Source: an uncultured Phycisphaerales bacterium
GTDB taxonomy: Bacteria > Planctomycetota > Phycisphaerae > Tepidisphaerales > Tepidisphaeraceae
Length of the DNA stretch: 64,000 bases
Direction: 5' to 3'
NCBI GenBank assembly: GCA_963844715.1
Contig: CAWJPJ010000006.1
Coordinates: forward strand, 160,001-224,000
The notes beneath the pieces were generated by a model. That model was not told the DNA's origin. It saw nothing but the letters and a program-made list of their open reading frames with translations, and ran no database searches. Below are positions 63,405 through 64,000 of the stretch, in pieces. The first letter of the stretch is position 1. Each line of letters begins with the position of its first letter. The translations under genes were made by a program, and so were the position numbers.

Positions 63405-64000
63405 TCACTGCGGCACATGCCTTCCCGGCTTCAGCAGCGTCACCCGCACCTTCTCGCTCGGCACCACCTTCCCCGGATTAATCTGCTCCTCCGGATCAAA
63501 CGCCCCCTTGATCCGCGAAAAAAGCCCCAGCGTAGGCTCATCAAACAGATACGGCATCAGATGCAATTTCTCCACGCCCACCCCATGCTCCCCGGTTATC
63601 GTCCCACCCACATCCACGCAAAATTGCAAAACCTTCTCCGCCGCCCGCAGCGTGTTCTGCACCTGGCTCTCATCCCGATCATCATAAAGAAAAATCGGAT
63701 GCACATTCCCATCCCCCGCATGGAACACATTGGTGATCTGCAATCCATGCTCGCGCCCAATCTCCCCAATCCTCCGCAAAACCTCCGGCAACTTACTCCG
63801 AGGCACACAAGCGTCCTGCGTGCAATAGCTATGACTGATCCGCCCGATCGCCCCAAACGCATTCTTCCGCGCCCGCCACAAATGCGCCCGCCTCTGGGCA
63901 TCCCGGCTCGATTCAACGCTGATCGCTCCGCGCCTTCGATGAATCTCCAAAATCATCTCCAATTCCCCATCCAGCAACTCATCGATCCCGTCAATCTCCG
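63405..64000 (-). CDS. FAD-linked oxidase, GlcD-like (5' part outside the window)
   Basis: QD.CVPRS.L, HAGDGN.HP, GGTITGEHGVG.EK, FDP...NPGK. Confidence 0.9.
   Translation of the reverse strand, partial: EIDGIDELLDGELEMILEIHRRRGAISVESSRDAQRRAHLWRARKNAFGAIGRISHSYCTQDACVPRSKLPEVLRRIGEIGREHGLQITNVFHAGDGNVHPIFLYDDRDESQVQNTLRAAEKVLQFCVDVGGTITGEHGVGVEKLHLMPYLFDEPTLGLFSRIKGAFDPEEQINPGKVVPSEKVRVTLLKPGRHVPQ

Overview
GC-rich bacterial DNA that looks like Planctomycetota (Phycisphaerae-like), judged from an 'EGLEPRTMLS' N-terminal motif, a Minf_1886-type gene and the integrase type; the taxonomy is inference. Many genes, housekeeping ones included, are split by single-base indels. I read these mostly as uncorrected sequencing errors and annotate joined genes. 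Bases <1-15334 form a tRNA-targeted integrative element whose left end lies outside the window and whose right end is a tRNA 3'-end copy at 15314-15334. It carries a tyrosine integrase and excisionase, a complete integron (intI, attI, six cassettes, six attC sites), a SAM methyltransferase, a VirD2/MOBP-type relaxase with a candidate oriT and RHH protein, an AbiE toxin-antitoxin pair and an uncharacterised four-gene GHKL-ATPase operon. Bases 15335-64000 look like host chromosome: GT-C glycosyltransferases, CheB/CheR plus hybrid kinase, an MhqD/MhqO-like and DinB detoxification cluster, MFS and TolC, pectinesterase, FN3-calpain, TPR glycosyltransferases, an IS5 element, TonB, lutABC, RegBA-like genes, a REP-flanked RAYT and several palindromic repeat families. 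The strongest leads are sigma70-like promoters built into the attC sites, the GHKL operon as a candidate defence system, and a probable integrase C-terminal tail displaced to the far att site.
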